A DNA stretch of 64,000 nucleotides from positions 3,648,001-3,712,000 of the forward strand of contig OZ242195.1 of NCBI GenBank assembly GCA_965205975.1, read 5' to 3'. The position numbers and the translations under genes are program-made. Positions 50,501 through 59,159 of the stretch are shown here, one piece after another. Under the pieces are notes generated by a model that was not told the origin of the DNA, searched no databases, and saw nothing but the letters and a program-made list of their open reading frames with translations. Each line of letters begins with the position of its first letter. The first letter of the stretch is position 1. Source of the DNA: Candidatus Latescibacterota bacterium (GTDB lineage Bacteria; Latescibacterota; UBA2968).

Positions 50501-51120
50501 GCCCGCCTGCTACCCCCGACAATTTTGTCGCTGCTCTGGCAAGTAGCGGTACAGCGATTGAGTTGGGTTGGGACGCCCCCACAAGCGATGAAAATAACAG
50601 CCCCCTGAGCGGACTCACTGGCTTTGTGATCTATCGTGCGGACACATCGAATGTTGGACTAACTGAGCTAACAACCATAGATGATCCGACGCAGGAAATG
50701 TATCTGGATAGGGGTCTGGAAAACCAGACGACGTACAGGTATCAAATCTCTGCCATTGACCAGTACGGCAATGAGAGTGCGCGCTCGTCCATCAAGACAG
50801 TGACCACAACTGATTTGATCGTCGTGCCACCAACGAATCTGCGGGCTTCTTATAATGCCAGTGGTCCCGCGGTCGATTTGAATTGGACAGCCCCTGATGA
50901 ATACGACAGTTTTGTGGTTCAACGGGCAGTACTCGCCGCAGGAACTTCCATTCAAGATTTGACAGATGGCGCTTATACGACTTTGGACTTCGCAGTTCAG
51001 ATCGCGTCTTATAGCGATACAAATATAACAAGTGGTACCATCTATGTTTACCGGGTCCTCACAAATCTTTCCGGACGGATCAGTGATCCTTCCAATATTG
51101 ATATTGTCTCGGTCCCATAG
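47548..51120 (+). CDS. Lipoprotein with ~11 fibronectin type III domains
   Basis: Lipobox MWGC; repeated P..P.NL...I.L.W...GY.I.R...Y.D......Y.Y.V.AV...S units. Confidence 0.9.
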   Translation: MNHWWTRRLQVGLLGIAIILIAMWGCGRERVNPIDAQYEGEGSVTLNSPGNIRAQGGIARITLNWNPVNSTSLAGYGIWRSTSATGDYVLLRGESSVPDVTTARTTYVDSTIDVSVSKIYFYKLSSVDVDGQASELSAFVSAEVLDDTRAPAMPTNLVAITDADGRQVTLGWSAPETDVGNQELTGLSGYRIFRIKDSQGVLQIQGSQTALVQLATELGIDLDNLGAISDDLKDIFVELGTVPAGQTYFLDTDGLEAGVLHVYVVIAVDPDGNIGPPALALVTISAPGASVPVPAGLRATQNEQARIVISWNPVNDPNLLGYLVLRSQSTQGPFTPVTSDTLFTTGQTTYVDSLVTTDQVYYYKVQTVVQDPNLGLLRSDTSTFTDGLALTDQSAPGAPSDLIVSLDDANFQRVMLSWTAPVTDRNGNELTGLASFEIYRSRDNNTSFALIATVSSDQVSFVDTSVELLTTYFYAVRAVDQAGNVGPRSQPISVTTKGFAIPRNVQAAGGEQKITLTWAANTEPELTGYEILRYTDPTHETPDKTFSSVLTTYIDTPVTADQPFVYRVRAVGTANVKSELSPPVSAQAIESAPVLAAPRNVQARGGIGHITITWSANTEPELTGYRVMRYTDPAQTVAEATFTTVQTTYVDSPLVSGQTYVYRVQAVGTNNEESERSLYASATVSADQSPPGAPSDLIVSLDDANFQRVMLSWTAPTRDSNNNELTGLASFEIYRSRGNNTSFALVTTVSSDQVSYVDTSVELLTTYFYAIRAVDQAGNAGPRSQPVSVTTKGFAAPRNVQATAGVQKITLTWAANTEPELTGYEILRYTDLSQATPDRTFSSILTTYVDTPVTADQPFVYRVRAVGPSNVKSELSAPVSAQATAPAPVLAAPRNVQAIGGIEYIAITWSANTEAELTGYRVLRYTDTDPQTEAEATFITLETIYIDEPLEAGRTYVYRVQAIGTNNEESELSLFAPATVLFDDSPPATPDNFVAALASSGTAIELGWDAPTSDENNSPLSGLTGFVIYRADTSNVGLTELTTIDDPTQEMYLDRGLENQTTYRYQISAIDQYGNESARSSIKTVTTTDLIVVPPTNLRASYNASGPAVDLNWTAPDEYDSFVVQRAVLAAGTSIQDLTDGAYTTLDFAVQIASYSDTNITSGTIYVYRVLTNLSGRISDPSNIDIVSVP
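48721..50490 (+). repeat. Intragenic tandem duplication of ~885 bp (three Fn3 domains)
   Basis: 48721-49605 vs 49606-~50490 share long near-identical nucleotide runs. Confidence 0.88.
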
Positions 51121-51137
51121 AGAGCCTGCAAGAAAGG

Positions 51138-51177
51138 AAAAAAAGGCGTCCTTCAAAAGAAGGACGCCTTTTTTTTT
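51138..51177. terminator. Bidirectional rho-independent terminator
   Basis: A7-GGCGTCCTTC-AAAA-GAAGGACGCC-T9. Confidence 0.92.
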
Positions 51178-51256
51178 ATAAATAAGAGTCAAATGTCGCC
51201 TTTTATGCGTCAGATGTACAAGTCAAAAATTTTCATAATCTCTTTAACTGTTTCTT

Positions 51257-51269
51257 TATCAACATGTTA
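51257..51269 (+). promoter_or_regulatory. IHF-binding consensus site
   Basis: TATCAACATGTTA matches WATCAANNNNTTR, just upstream of a -24/-12 element. Confidence 0.55.
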
Positions 51270-51285
51270 TAAATTTCATTACCTC

Positions 51286-51301
51286 TGGCACACATTATGC
51301 A
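51286..51301 (+). promoter_or_regulatory. sigma54 (-24/-12) promoter
   Basis: TGGCAC-ACATT-ATGCA, GG-N10-GC spacing. Confidence 0.7.
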
Positions 51302-51343
51302 TGATGTCTTTTGTAAAACAACTCATTACATATTGGAGGTTTT

Positions 51344-52693
51344 ATGGAAGACATACTGATTGTTGATGGAAACCCGCAACGCGCAATGCAATTGGTGCAA
51401 CTGCTAAAAGAACTGGGCGCAAACGCACGCACAGCGAGTTCTTTTTTTCACTGCTTGAAACGCATTGAAGAAAAAATTCCCGATCTCGCCCTTGTCGCTG
51501 AAACCCTCCCCGATGGACGAGGATTAAAGCTACTTCCCGTATTTGATGGCCTGTGTCCCGTCGTAATTATCGGTGAATATATGGCATCTGACAGAATACT
51601 CGAGGCTCTGTCATCGGGAGCGCGCGATTTTCTCGTACATCCCATTGACCGGCAGACGCTGGATATTCTGATCTCTCAATTGCAAGGTGAGGGCAAAATC
51701 GCACTGCACTATCTGTCTCAGAATCCCGGGAGTGAGTCGCCGACGGGAATGGTAATTGGATCGTGTCCAGACATGTTATTCGCACTCAAGCGCGCGGGCC
51801 TGGCAGCGCGAACATCAGCAACGGTCCTGATCTATGGTGAAAGTGGAACTGGAAAAGAGTTAATGGCGCGAGAAATCCATCGGGCATCGGGACGGGTGGG
51901 TGCATTTGTAGCACTCAATTGTGCTGCAATAGCAGAAAATATTGCCGAAAGTGAACTCTTTGGTCATGAGCGAGGTGCTTTTACCGGCGCCATAACCCGT
52001 CGGGCAGGGTGTTTTGAACAAGCCGATGGTGGCACGCTTTTTCTCGACGAAATTGGCGAGGCTTCGCCTGCATTTCAGGCCAAGCTATTGCGGGTATTAG
52101 ACCGCGGTGAATTTGTCAGAGTTGGCGGACAATCCCCCATACAAACGCAGGTCAGGATCATTGCTGCCACCAACCGCGACCTCGATTCCATGATCGAGCA
52201 AGACAAATTTCGCCTGGACTTGTTTTACAGGCTCAGTGCCGTGACCATAGCCCTCCCCCCACTGCGAGAACGCAGCGAAGATATCCCACACATTGTTCAA
52301 GCAATGCTAACGCGATTGAAAACCGATACCGGCGTGGAGATCCAGGGGGTATCTGAAGCGGCAGTTACATATCTGGCGGGATGTGAATGGCCGGGCAATT
52401 TAAGGGAATTGCAACACGCCATTTACCGCGCAGCCCTGGCCTGTCAAAAAGGGGTAATTCGACCTGAACATCTCGATGTACTCAAATCTACACAGTCCAG
52501 CGCACAGGACAAAGTTGAAACCCTGGATGAAATCGAGCAGGCGCATATTGAACGGGTACTACTCACTACCGGTGGCAATCAGGGACGAGCCTGTGAGTTG
52601 CTCGGAATATCGAGACCGACGTTGAGACGAAAAATACGCCGATACGCGTTTGAAAGAGAAAAAAATGGTCAGGTGAGTTCAACCTTGACATGA
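51344..52693 (+). CDS. sigma54-dependent enhancer-binding protein (NtrC-like) with atypical receiver domain
   Basis: GESGTGKE, ESELFGH, GAFTGA, FLDEIG, WPGN.REL, Fis-type HTH. Confidence 0.9.
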   Translation: MEDILIVDGNPQRAMQLVQLLKELGANARTASSFFHCLKRIEEKIPDLALVAETLPDGRGLKLLPVFDGLCPVVIIGEYMASDRILEALSSGARDFLVHPIDRQTLDILISQLQGEGKIALHYLSQNPGSESPTGMVIGSCPDMLFALKRAGLAARTSATVLIYGESGTGKELMAREIHRASGRVGAFVALNCAAIAENIAESELFGHERGAFTGAITRRAGCFEQADGGTLFLDEIGEASPAFQAKLLRVLDRGEFVRVGGQSPIQTQVRIIAATNRDLDSMIEQDKFRLDLFYRLSAVTIALPPLRERSEDIPHIVQAMLTRLKTDTGVEIQGVSEAAVTYLAGCEWPGNLRELQHAIYRAALACQKGVIRPEHLDVLKSTQSSAQDKVETLDEIEQAHIERVLLTTGGNQGRACELLGISRPTLRRKIRRYAFEREKNGQVSSTLT

Positions 52694-52713
52694 GAAAAGG
52701 TACAACCCATACT
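52685..52713 (+). promoter_or_regulatory. sigma70 promoter of thrC
   Basis: TTGACA-N17-CATACT; RBS GAGG before ATG 52750. Confidence 0.55.
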
Positions 52714-52749
52714 ATGACGAGTTTTTAACTTTTTCATAGAGAGGTATTT

Positions 52750-53916
52750 ATGGGATTTCTCATTGATCTGGTCTGCACAAAAACGGACAAAGCGTATTCA
52801 AAAGACCTGCTCTGGAATTTGAGCCCAGAGGCAGAAGCACCGTTATTTGCCCGATATGACCTCGATGCAGTTGCAAAAGCTATGCGCCGGGAAAAACTCG
52901 CAGAACGAGTACCGACAATGTGGCGTTATGCCGAAGTTTTACCCGTCGAAAACGAGCAATTTCAGGTAAGTCTCGGCGAAGGATTTACCCCCTTATTGCA
53001 AGCAACATCGCTGGGGCGAAAAATTGGCGTGCCAAAGCTGTACATCAAAGACGAAGGCTTAAATCCGACGGGATCATTTAAAGCGCGAGGCATGTCAGCG
53101 GCAATTTCGAGAGCTGCGGAATTGGGTGCTCAGGCCATTGCCATCCCCTCGGCCGGCAATGCAGGTGGCGCAACAGCCGCTTATGCTGCGCGAGCGGGCT
53201 TGCCAGCGCATATTTTTATGCCCAAAGATGTGCCACAGGCCAATTACATTGAATGCAAGGTCCTGGGCGCAAATGTCGAATTGATAGACGGTCTGATTTC
53301 CGATTGCGGAAAAATTGTGGCATCGCGCAAAGAAGCCGAGGGCTGGTTCGATATCTCGACCCTGAAAGAGCCATACCGCGTAGAAGGCAAAAAAACGATG
53401 GGCTATGAATTGGCCGAACAATTTGATTGGGAATTGCCAGAAGTCGTCATTTATCCAACGGGAGGCGGCACGGGATTGATTGGCATGTGGAAGGCATTTG
53501 ACGAAATGGAACAAATGGGATGGATTGGCTCAGAACGCCCCCGCATGATATCCGTACAAGCGGCGGGATGCGCGCCCATTGTTCGGGCTTATCGCGCGGG
53601 AGATACACACGCCGAACCATGGATCGATGCCGAAACAATCGCGGCAGGTCTGCGCGTTCCCGCTGCCGTAGGCGATTTTTTAATGCTAAAAGCCATTCGC
53701 GACAGCGGTGGATGCGCGCTCTCCGTCACAGATGAAGAACTGATGGCATCCGCATCAAAAATGGCTGCTGCCGTGGGTTCATTTCCCGCACCCGAAGGCG
53801 CGGCCACCCTCTCCGCCCTCGAAAAACTCATAGCACAAAACCTGGTTAGCGAGCGCGACCGCGTCGTGTTGTTCAACACGGGAACGGGCTTAAAATACAT
53901 CGAACTATTTCAGTAA
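52750..53916 (+). CDS. thrC: Threonine synthase (PLP fold II)
   Basis: LGEG.TPL, NPTGSFKARG, SAGNAG, EGKKT, PTGGG, TG.GLK. Confidence 0.82.
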   Translation: MGFLIDLVCTKTDKAYSKDLLWNLSPEAEAPLFARYDLDAVAKAMRREKLAERVPTMWRYAEVLPVENEQFQVSLGEGFTPLLQATSLGRKIGVPKLYIKDEGLNPTGSFKARGMSAAISRAAELGAQAIAIPSAGNAGGATAAYAARAGLPAHIFMPKDVPQANYIECKVLGANVELIDGLISDCGKIVASRKEAEGWFDISTLKEPYRVEGKKTMGYELAEQFDWELPEVVIYPTGGGTGLIGMWKAFDEMEQMGWIGSERPRMISVQAAGCAPIVRAYRAGDTHAEPWIDAETIAAGLRVPAAVGDFLMLKAIRDSGGCALSVTDEELMASASKMAAAVGSFPAPEGAATLSALEKLIAQNLVSERDRVVLFNTGTGLKYIELFQ

Positions 53917-55218
53917 GACAGCATCTGCAGCCGCGTACCCGCTTCTGACAGCACCTTCGATAGTAGGTGGCAATCCAGTGTCAGTCCAATCGCCCGCGAG
54001 AAACAAACGGGGATGTGGCGTCTGAGTTTTGGGCACTGCATAAGAAAATGGCAACGCACAAGTCGCCGCGTGTTCGCATATCACTCTGGCGTGTAATAAC
54101 TCGGCATGCCTACTTTCGGGAAAGACCTGATGGAGTTCTCTACAAGCCATGTCAATGAGTTCTTCATTTGACATATGTAAAAGATGATGCGCCGCACTTG
54201 CGACCATAGTGAGAAACCCCTCAGAAGCGCGGTCGTGATCGCCATAGAGCACGGGCTTGTTAAAAACCCATTCCATTGTCGTGCCGAGCAAACCGCACAT
54301 AGGTTCACGCATAATGGGCCGATCAAACCACAAATTGACGGAAAAAATCGGCGATGGCTCGTATTGACAAAGCGTGTGATGGAGTTCGGCAAAAGTATGT
54401 GCACAAATCATTCTGGCAAGCTGTAGCGGAGGAACCGCCGCAATACACATATCTGTGTCTATCACATCTCCCGAACGGGTATGAATGTGAACGCCAGAAG
54501 AAACAGGCGCAATAGATGTCACAGCTATTCCGCACTGGACTTCGCCACCCCGTTTTGAGATATATTCCCGTGCGCGATTCTCAAACAAACCGCTCAGACC
54601 CGTCCGCGCATATCCCAAACGCGCGCCATCTGGTTCGCCCCAAAAAGCTTCTCGCAGCACAGCTTGAAGATATCGCGCACTGGCATTTTGCGGTCGCTGG
54701 TTAAGGGCAGCAATACAAAGCGGATCCCAGAAAGCCTCCCGCATGCGCGGTTTCTGGCCGCAATGGTCGAGCCAGGCATCCACCGTAAGACCGGTATCGA
54801 GATCCTTGTGCAACTCCGCCACAATTTTTCTCAACGGCGGGATATCTGTCCAGTGAACCGCGCCAAATCGCAAAAAGCCAGACAGCAGATTCAGCGGCAC
54901 GGGCAAAAAGGATGGAAACCTCAACGTGTACACACCATCATCGGCTTGGCGAAAGTCTATCCTGAACTGAGGTTGAAACACCACATCGTCGCGCGCACCA
55001 ATCCGCTCGAGAAAATCGAGCGTCTCCCGATAGCACTTCATCAACAGATGCTGCCCATTATCGACAGTATCGCCCGTAACGGGATCTGTAAATGAAAAGG
55101 TGCGCCCCCCCAATTGCTGCCGCCGCTCCAAAAGAGTGACGGAATATCCCGCATCGCAAAGGCGGACAGCTGCTGCAAGACCAGCAAACCCTCCCCCAAT
55201 TATGGTCACGCGTTTCAC
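53905..55218 (-). CDS. hpnE: Hydroxysqualene dehydroxylase HpnE
   Basis: IIGGGFAGL, DNGQH, AGDW..TGLP.TIEGAV.SG; follows hpnC-hpnD; start 55218 or 55224. Confidence 0.88.
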   Translation of the reverse strand: MKRVTIIGGGFAGLAAAVRLCDAGYSVTLLERRQQLGGRTFSFTDPVTGDTVDNGQHLLMKCYRETLDFLERIGARDDVVFQPQFRIDFRQADDGVYTLRFPSFLPVPLNLLSGFLRFGAVHWTDIPPLRKIVAELHKDLDTGLTVDAWLDHCGQKPRMREAFWDPLCIAALNQRPQNASARYLQAVLREAFWGEPDGARLGYARTGLSGLFENRAREYISKRGGEVQCGIAVTSIAPVSSGVHIHTRSGDVIDTDMCIAAVPPLQLARMICAHTFAELHHTLCQYEPSPIFSVNLWFDRPIMREPMCGLLGTTMEWVFNKPVLYGDHDRASEGFLTMVASAAHHLLHMSNEELIDMACRELHQVFPESRHAELLHARVICEHAATCALPFSYAVPKTQTPHPRLFLAGDWTDTGLPPTIEGAVRSGYAAADAVLLK

Positions 55219-55220
55219 AT

Positions 55221-56069
55221 TCACCCCCAGGCGAAACGACTGCCCAGCCAATAGCGCAGCGCAATGCCCAGTTTGTGCAAATCGTTGAGGCGAATAGACG
55301 CGCCAAAAACATCGTAGTTGGCGCGCTGGATCTTCACGAGCAACTGGGCATAAATTTTGCCCATAATCTGCGCCGAAAACATGGCAGCCCGGTCCTCCGC
55401 GGGAAGCAATTCTTCGGCTGTTTGATAGAAGGTCCACGCGCGTTGCGCTTGAAACCGCATCAAATCGATAAACGCGGCATTATAATCTCTCTGAGCCAGA
55501 GCCTTTTCCGTATAGCCAAACCGCGCCATCTCTTCCTGCGGAAGATAAATGCGGTTCTGTTGCCAATCCGTATGCACATCTCGCAAAATATTGGTCAATT
55601 GAAGCGCGAGACCCAGATTGACGGCGTATTCGCGAGTCTGCGGATTGCGATACCCAAAAATTTCAATACAGATTAACCCCACAACCGATGCGACCCGATA
55701 GCAGTACTCCCGCAACTCGTCAAACGTCGCATACCGATTTTTAGTCAAATCCATTTCAACACCCTCAATAAGCGCCAGAAAATGTGCTTTGGGAATGGGA
55801 AAATCTCGCAAAACGCCCTGCAGATTCTGCGCAATTGGATGGGTAGCACTGCCCTTATAGCAGGCGTGGAGTTGCTCGCGCCATGCCTTGAGATGACACC
55901 GCGCCTCTTCTGGCGAAGCCGCATCATCCACTATATCATCCGTATGGCGGCTAAACGCATAAACCGAAAAAATGGCCTCGCGTTTCTTGCGCGGCAAAAA
56001 AACAAAAGCGTAAAAAAAATTCGTCCGAGCGCCTCGCACGATTTTGCCAATATGTTTTTTGAGGTTCAT
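55221..56069 (-). CDS. hpnD: Presqualene diphosphate synthase HpnD
   Basis: NFFYAF, DDIVD, YCYRVA, LQLTNILRDV..D....RIYLP. Confidence 0.85.
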   Translation of the reverse strand: MNLKKHIGKIVRGARTNFFYAFVFLPRKKREAIFSVYAFSRHTDDIVDDAASPEEARCHLKAWREQLHACYKGSATHPIAQNLQGVLRDFPIPKAHFLALIEGVEMDLTKNRYATFDELREYCYRVASVVGLICIEIFGYRNPQTREYAVNLGLALQLTNILRDVHTDWQQNRIYLPQEEMARFGYTEKALAQRDYNAAFIDLMRFQAQRAWTFYQTAEELLPAEDRAAMFSAQIMGKIYAQLLVKIQRANYDVFGASIRLNDLHKLGIALRYWLGSRFAWG

Positions 56070-56938
56070 AAGTGGAAAAGCGTCTTAAACAAAAGCGCGG
56101 GCAAATCGCGTTTTGTAATCGTGGGCCGTCGATGAAAAACATCGCAATCATTATCGCGAATCTTTTTCAGAATATGCATGCCGCCCAAACAGGTCAACCG
56201 CAATTCAAAGCGCAACCGCCCCTTCACCATATCCAGCAGGGGATAACCCGCCACAAATAGATCCCGTGTGCGGTTGATAAGATAATCCATAAGCCTGAAA
56301 AATTCCGGCGTAACGCGCTGATCGCGCAGATCTGAAATCCCCACGCCAAACCGTTTGAGATCCTCCTGCGGGAGATACATGCGACCGCGCGAAAAATCAA
56401 TCGCAATATCCTGCCAAAAATTGGCGAGTTGCAACGCACTACATATCGCGTCAGAATGCCGCGCATAGTGCTCGCCGCGATACCCAAACAGATGGAGAAT
56501 AAGCCGCCCGACGGGATTGGCAGAAAACGTGCAATACGCCAGCAAATCCCCATAAGTCTGATGTCGTTGCGTCGTCACATCCATGCGAAAAGCCGTAAGC
56601 AAATCCCTGAGCAATTGCACGGGCAGGTCATGCACCCGAATCGTTTCTGCAAGTGCCGTAAATATCGGACCAACCGGGTCTGAAAGACACGCATCGAGAC
56701 GCGCTTCCCAATCGGCGAGATGGTCGAGACGCTCCTGCACCGTCAAACCCGGCTCATCGGCAAAATCATCCGCCGTACGCGCAAACGCATAGATACTATA
56801 CACATGGGGCCGCACCGATTTGGGGATCAACACCGAACCAACCGGAAAATTCTCATAATGCCCGCGAGTAAGTGCCTCGCAATGGGCATAAGCCTCTGCA
56901 ATCGCAATCCCACGGGTTTTGTATGCAGTCTGTGACAT
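56066..56938 (-). CDS. hpnC: Hydroxysqualene synthase HpnC
   Basis: HYENFPVGS, ADDFAD, SANPVGR, LQLANFWQD. Confidence 0.9.
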   Translation of the reverse strand: MSQTAYKTRGIAIAEAYAHCEALTRGHYENFPVGSVLIPKSVRPHVYSIYAFARTADDFADEPGLTVQERLDHLADWEARLDACLSDPVGPIFTALAETIRVHDLPVQLLRDLLTAFRMDVTTQRHQTYGDLLAYCTFSANPVGRLILHLFGYRGEHYARHSDAICSALQLANFWQDIAIDFSRGRMYLPQEDLKRFGVGISDLRDQRVTPEFFRLMDYLINRTRDLFVAGYPLLDMVKGRLRFELRLTCLGGMHILKKIRDNDCDVFHRRPTITKRDLPALLFKTLFHL

Positions 56939-56944
56939 AAGATG

Positions 56945-56973
56945 AAGATACGACAGAGGGGTGGGAAAATCAA
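56945..56973 (-). promoter_or_regulatory. Putative sigma70 promoter giving a leaderless hpnC transcript
   Basis: TTGATT-N17-TATCTT-6 nt-ATG; no SD sequence. Confidence 0.5.
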
Positions 56974-57043
56974 TATCTTGACTTTCGGGTGTAGCCTTGC
57001 ATTTTATGGCGTGCGTATGTATCTTTGCCCGCGAGAAAAACCA

Positions 57044-57133
57044 CTGGATCGCGGCTCAAAACCCTGCCGCGATGACAGGCGGGAGCCTGCCCCGTAGTGA
57101 CTCTATACGGGGGCACGGAGACCGTCCCCTACA
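57044..57133. repeat. Cluster of palindromic repeat elements (CTGGATCGCGGC..TGCCGCGATGACA plus GTAG REP-like)
   Basis: Related to 8440-8472 and 7709-7733. Confidence 0.65.
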
Positions 57134-57173
57134 ACACCATGCCGTTATAACATCCAAAACCAAAGGAAAAATA

Positions 57174-58370
57174 ATGTTTGAATCCCTGACAATGGCTCCT
57201 GCGGATCCCATTATAGGATTGACCGAAGCATTCAAAAATGACCCAAATCCCAACAAAATAAACCTCGGCGTTGGCGTGTACAAAGACGGCGACGGCAACA
57301 CGCCCATATTCGCCTCTGTAAAAACAGCAGAAGAACGCCTACTCGCACATGAAGACACCAAAAATTATCTCGGCATAGAAGGCGATGAAGCATATAACAA
57401 AGCCGTCCAGGAACTCCTCTGGGGAACAGAACACGAAATACTCACCAGTGGACGCGCGGGAACAGCCCAGGCACCGGGCGGCACGGGCGCGTTGCGCATT
57501 GCCGGTGACTTTATTCATCAGCACTATCCCCATGCCCGCGTATGGCTGAGCGATCCCACCTGGGCAAATCATCCCAAAGTATTTGAATCTGCCGGCGTAC
57601 CCACAAAAACCTATCGCTATTACAACCCCTCGTCTTTCGACCTGGACTTTGACGCATTTATCCAGGACCTCGGGCAAATCCCCGCAGGCGATGTGGTCTT
57701 GCTACACGGATGTTGCCACAACCCCACAGGCGTCGATCCCTCCGCCGAACAATGGGCGCAAATAGCCGACATCATAACTGACCGCGGCATCATCCCACTC
57801 GTTGACTTTGCCTATCAGGGCCTGGGCAATGGCCTCGTTGAAGACGCCGTCGGACTCCAATCTCTCAGCCAGCCCGGCTGCGAACTCCTCGTCGCCAGTT
57901 CCTTCTCCAAAAACTTTGGCCTCTACCGCGAGCGCACGGGCGCATTGACCCTCGTGGGAAAAAACGCCACCACCGTTGAAAAAGCGATGAGCCACATCAA
58001 AATCTGCATCCGCACAAATTATTCCAACCCGCCATCGCACGGCGCACAGGCAGTCGCAACAGTCCTCAACGACCCCGCCTTGCGGGCACAATGGAACGGC
58101 GAAGTAAAAGCCATGCGCGACCGCATCAACAACATGCGCACCCTATTTGTGGATACCCTCGAAACAAAAGGCGTGCGGCGCGACTTTTCGTTCATCGCAC
58201 ACCAGAGAGGAATGTTCTCATTTTCCGGATTGACCCCCGAGCAAGTAGATGTGTTGCGCGAGCGATTTGCGATATACATCGTCAGTTCGGGGCGCATCAA
58301 CGTGGCGGGCCTGACAAAGGACAACATCGAGCCGTTGTGTGACGCGATAGCAGAGATATTGACGGATTAA
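57174..58370 (+). CDS. aspC: Aspartate/aromatic amino acid aminotransferase (AspC/TyrB type)
   Basis: DPI.GL, NLGVGVY, GGTGALR, CCHNPTG, DFAYQG, SFSKNFGLY.ER, SGRIN. Confidence 0.88.
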   Translation: MFESLTMAPADPIIGLTEAFKNDPNPNKINLGVGVYKDGDGNTPIFASVKTAEERLLAHEDTKNYLGIEGDEAYNKAVQELLWGTEHEILTSGRAGTAQAPGGTGALRIAGDFIHQHYPHARVWLSDPTWANHPKVFESAGVPTKTYRYYNPSSFDLDFDAFIQDLGQIPAGDVVLLHGCCHNPTGVDPSAEQWAQIADIITDRGIIPLVDFAYQGLGNGLVEDAVGLQSLSQPGCELLVASSFSKNFGLYRERTGALTLVGKNATTVEKAMSHIKICIRTNYSNPPSHGAQAVATVLNDPALRAQWNGEVKAMRDRINNMRTLFVDTLETKGVRRDFSFIAHQRGMFSFSGLTPEQVDVLRERFAIYIVSSGRINVAGLTKDNIEPLCDAIAEILTD

Positions 58371-58379
58371 GGAGACATC

Positions 58380-59153
58380 ATGACACTCAACGATCGCGTA
58401 GCAATCATCACAGGCGCAAGCTCTGGCATTGGGCGGGGCATAGCACTGGCACTTGCCCGAGAAGGCGCATGTGTAGCAGTGGCCGATATTCAAGAAGCAC
58501 CCAAAAAGGGCATATATCACGACACCGACCTGACCACTTCTACGGCAGAGGAAATAGAAAAACTCGGAGGAAAAGGGATCTTTGTACAGACCGACGTATC
58601 GGATGACGAAGCGGTACGCAATCTGATTGAACAGACCGTCTCCGAATTTGGCAAACTGGACATCCTAATAAACAACGCCGGCATCACAATACCTGGCGGC
58701 ATTGAAGAAACAACCATCGCCGACTACGACACCGTAATGGGCGTAAACCTTCGGGCACTGTATGTAGCCAGCAAACTCGCCATGCCACACCTCAAAAAAC
58801 CATCCGGCAGAATCATCCACATCGCATCTGTACAGTCATTTGGCGGGGGCGGAGGACCCGCGTATGCCGCATCAAAAGCCGGCGTCGTCAACCTCACGCG
58901 AGACACCGCCCTGGAATTGGCTCCCTTCGGCGCAACCGTCAATGCAATATGCCCGGGCTACATCGAAACGCCTATACAGGATTATCTCACATCTCAGGAC
59001 ATTGAAGACTGCCGGGTAAAAACCCCACTGCCCCGCCTGGGCTTGCCATCGGACATCGGCAACGCCGCGGTATTCTTCGCATCAGACGCCGCCGCCTGGG
59101 TCACTGGCACAGCCCTGCCCGTGGATGGCGGATGGATGGCATCTATTTTTTGA
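58380..59153 (+). CDS. SDR family oxidoreductase
   Basis: TGASSGIG, NNAG, YAASK, VNAICPG, VDGG. Confidence 0.92.
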   Translation: MTLNDRVAIITGASSGIGRGIALALAREGACVAVADIQEAPKKGIYHDTDLTTSTAEEIEKLGGKGIFVQTDVSDDEAVRNLIEQTVSEFGKLDILINNAGITIPGGIEETTIADYDTVMGVNLRALYVASKLAMPHLKKPSGRIIHIASVQSFGGGGGPAYAASKAGVVNLTRDTALELAPFGATVNAICPGYIETPIQDYLTSQDIEDCRVKTPLPRLGLPSDIGNAAVFFASDAAAWVTGTALPVDGGWMASIF

Positions 59154-59159
59154 TTCGCA

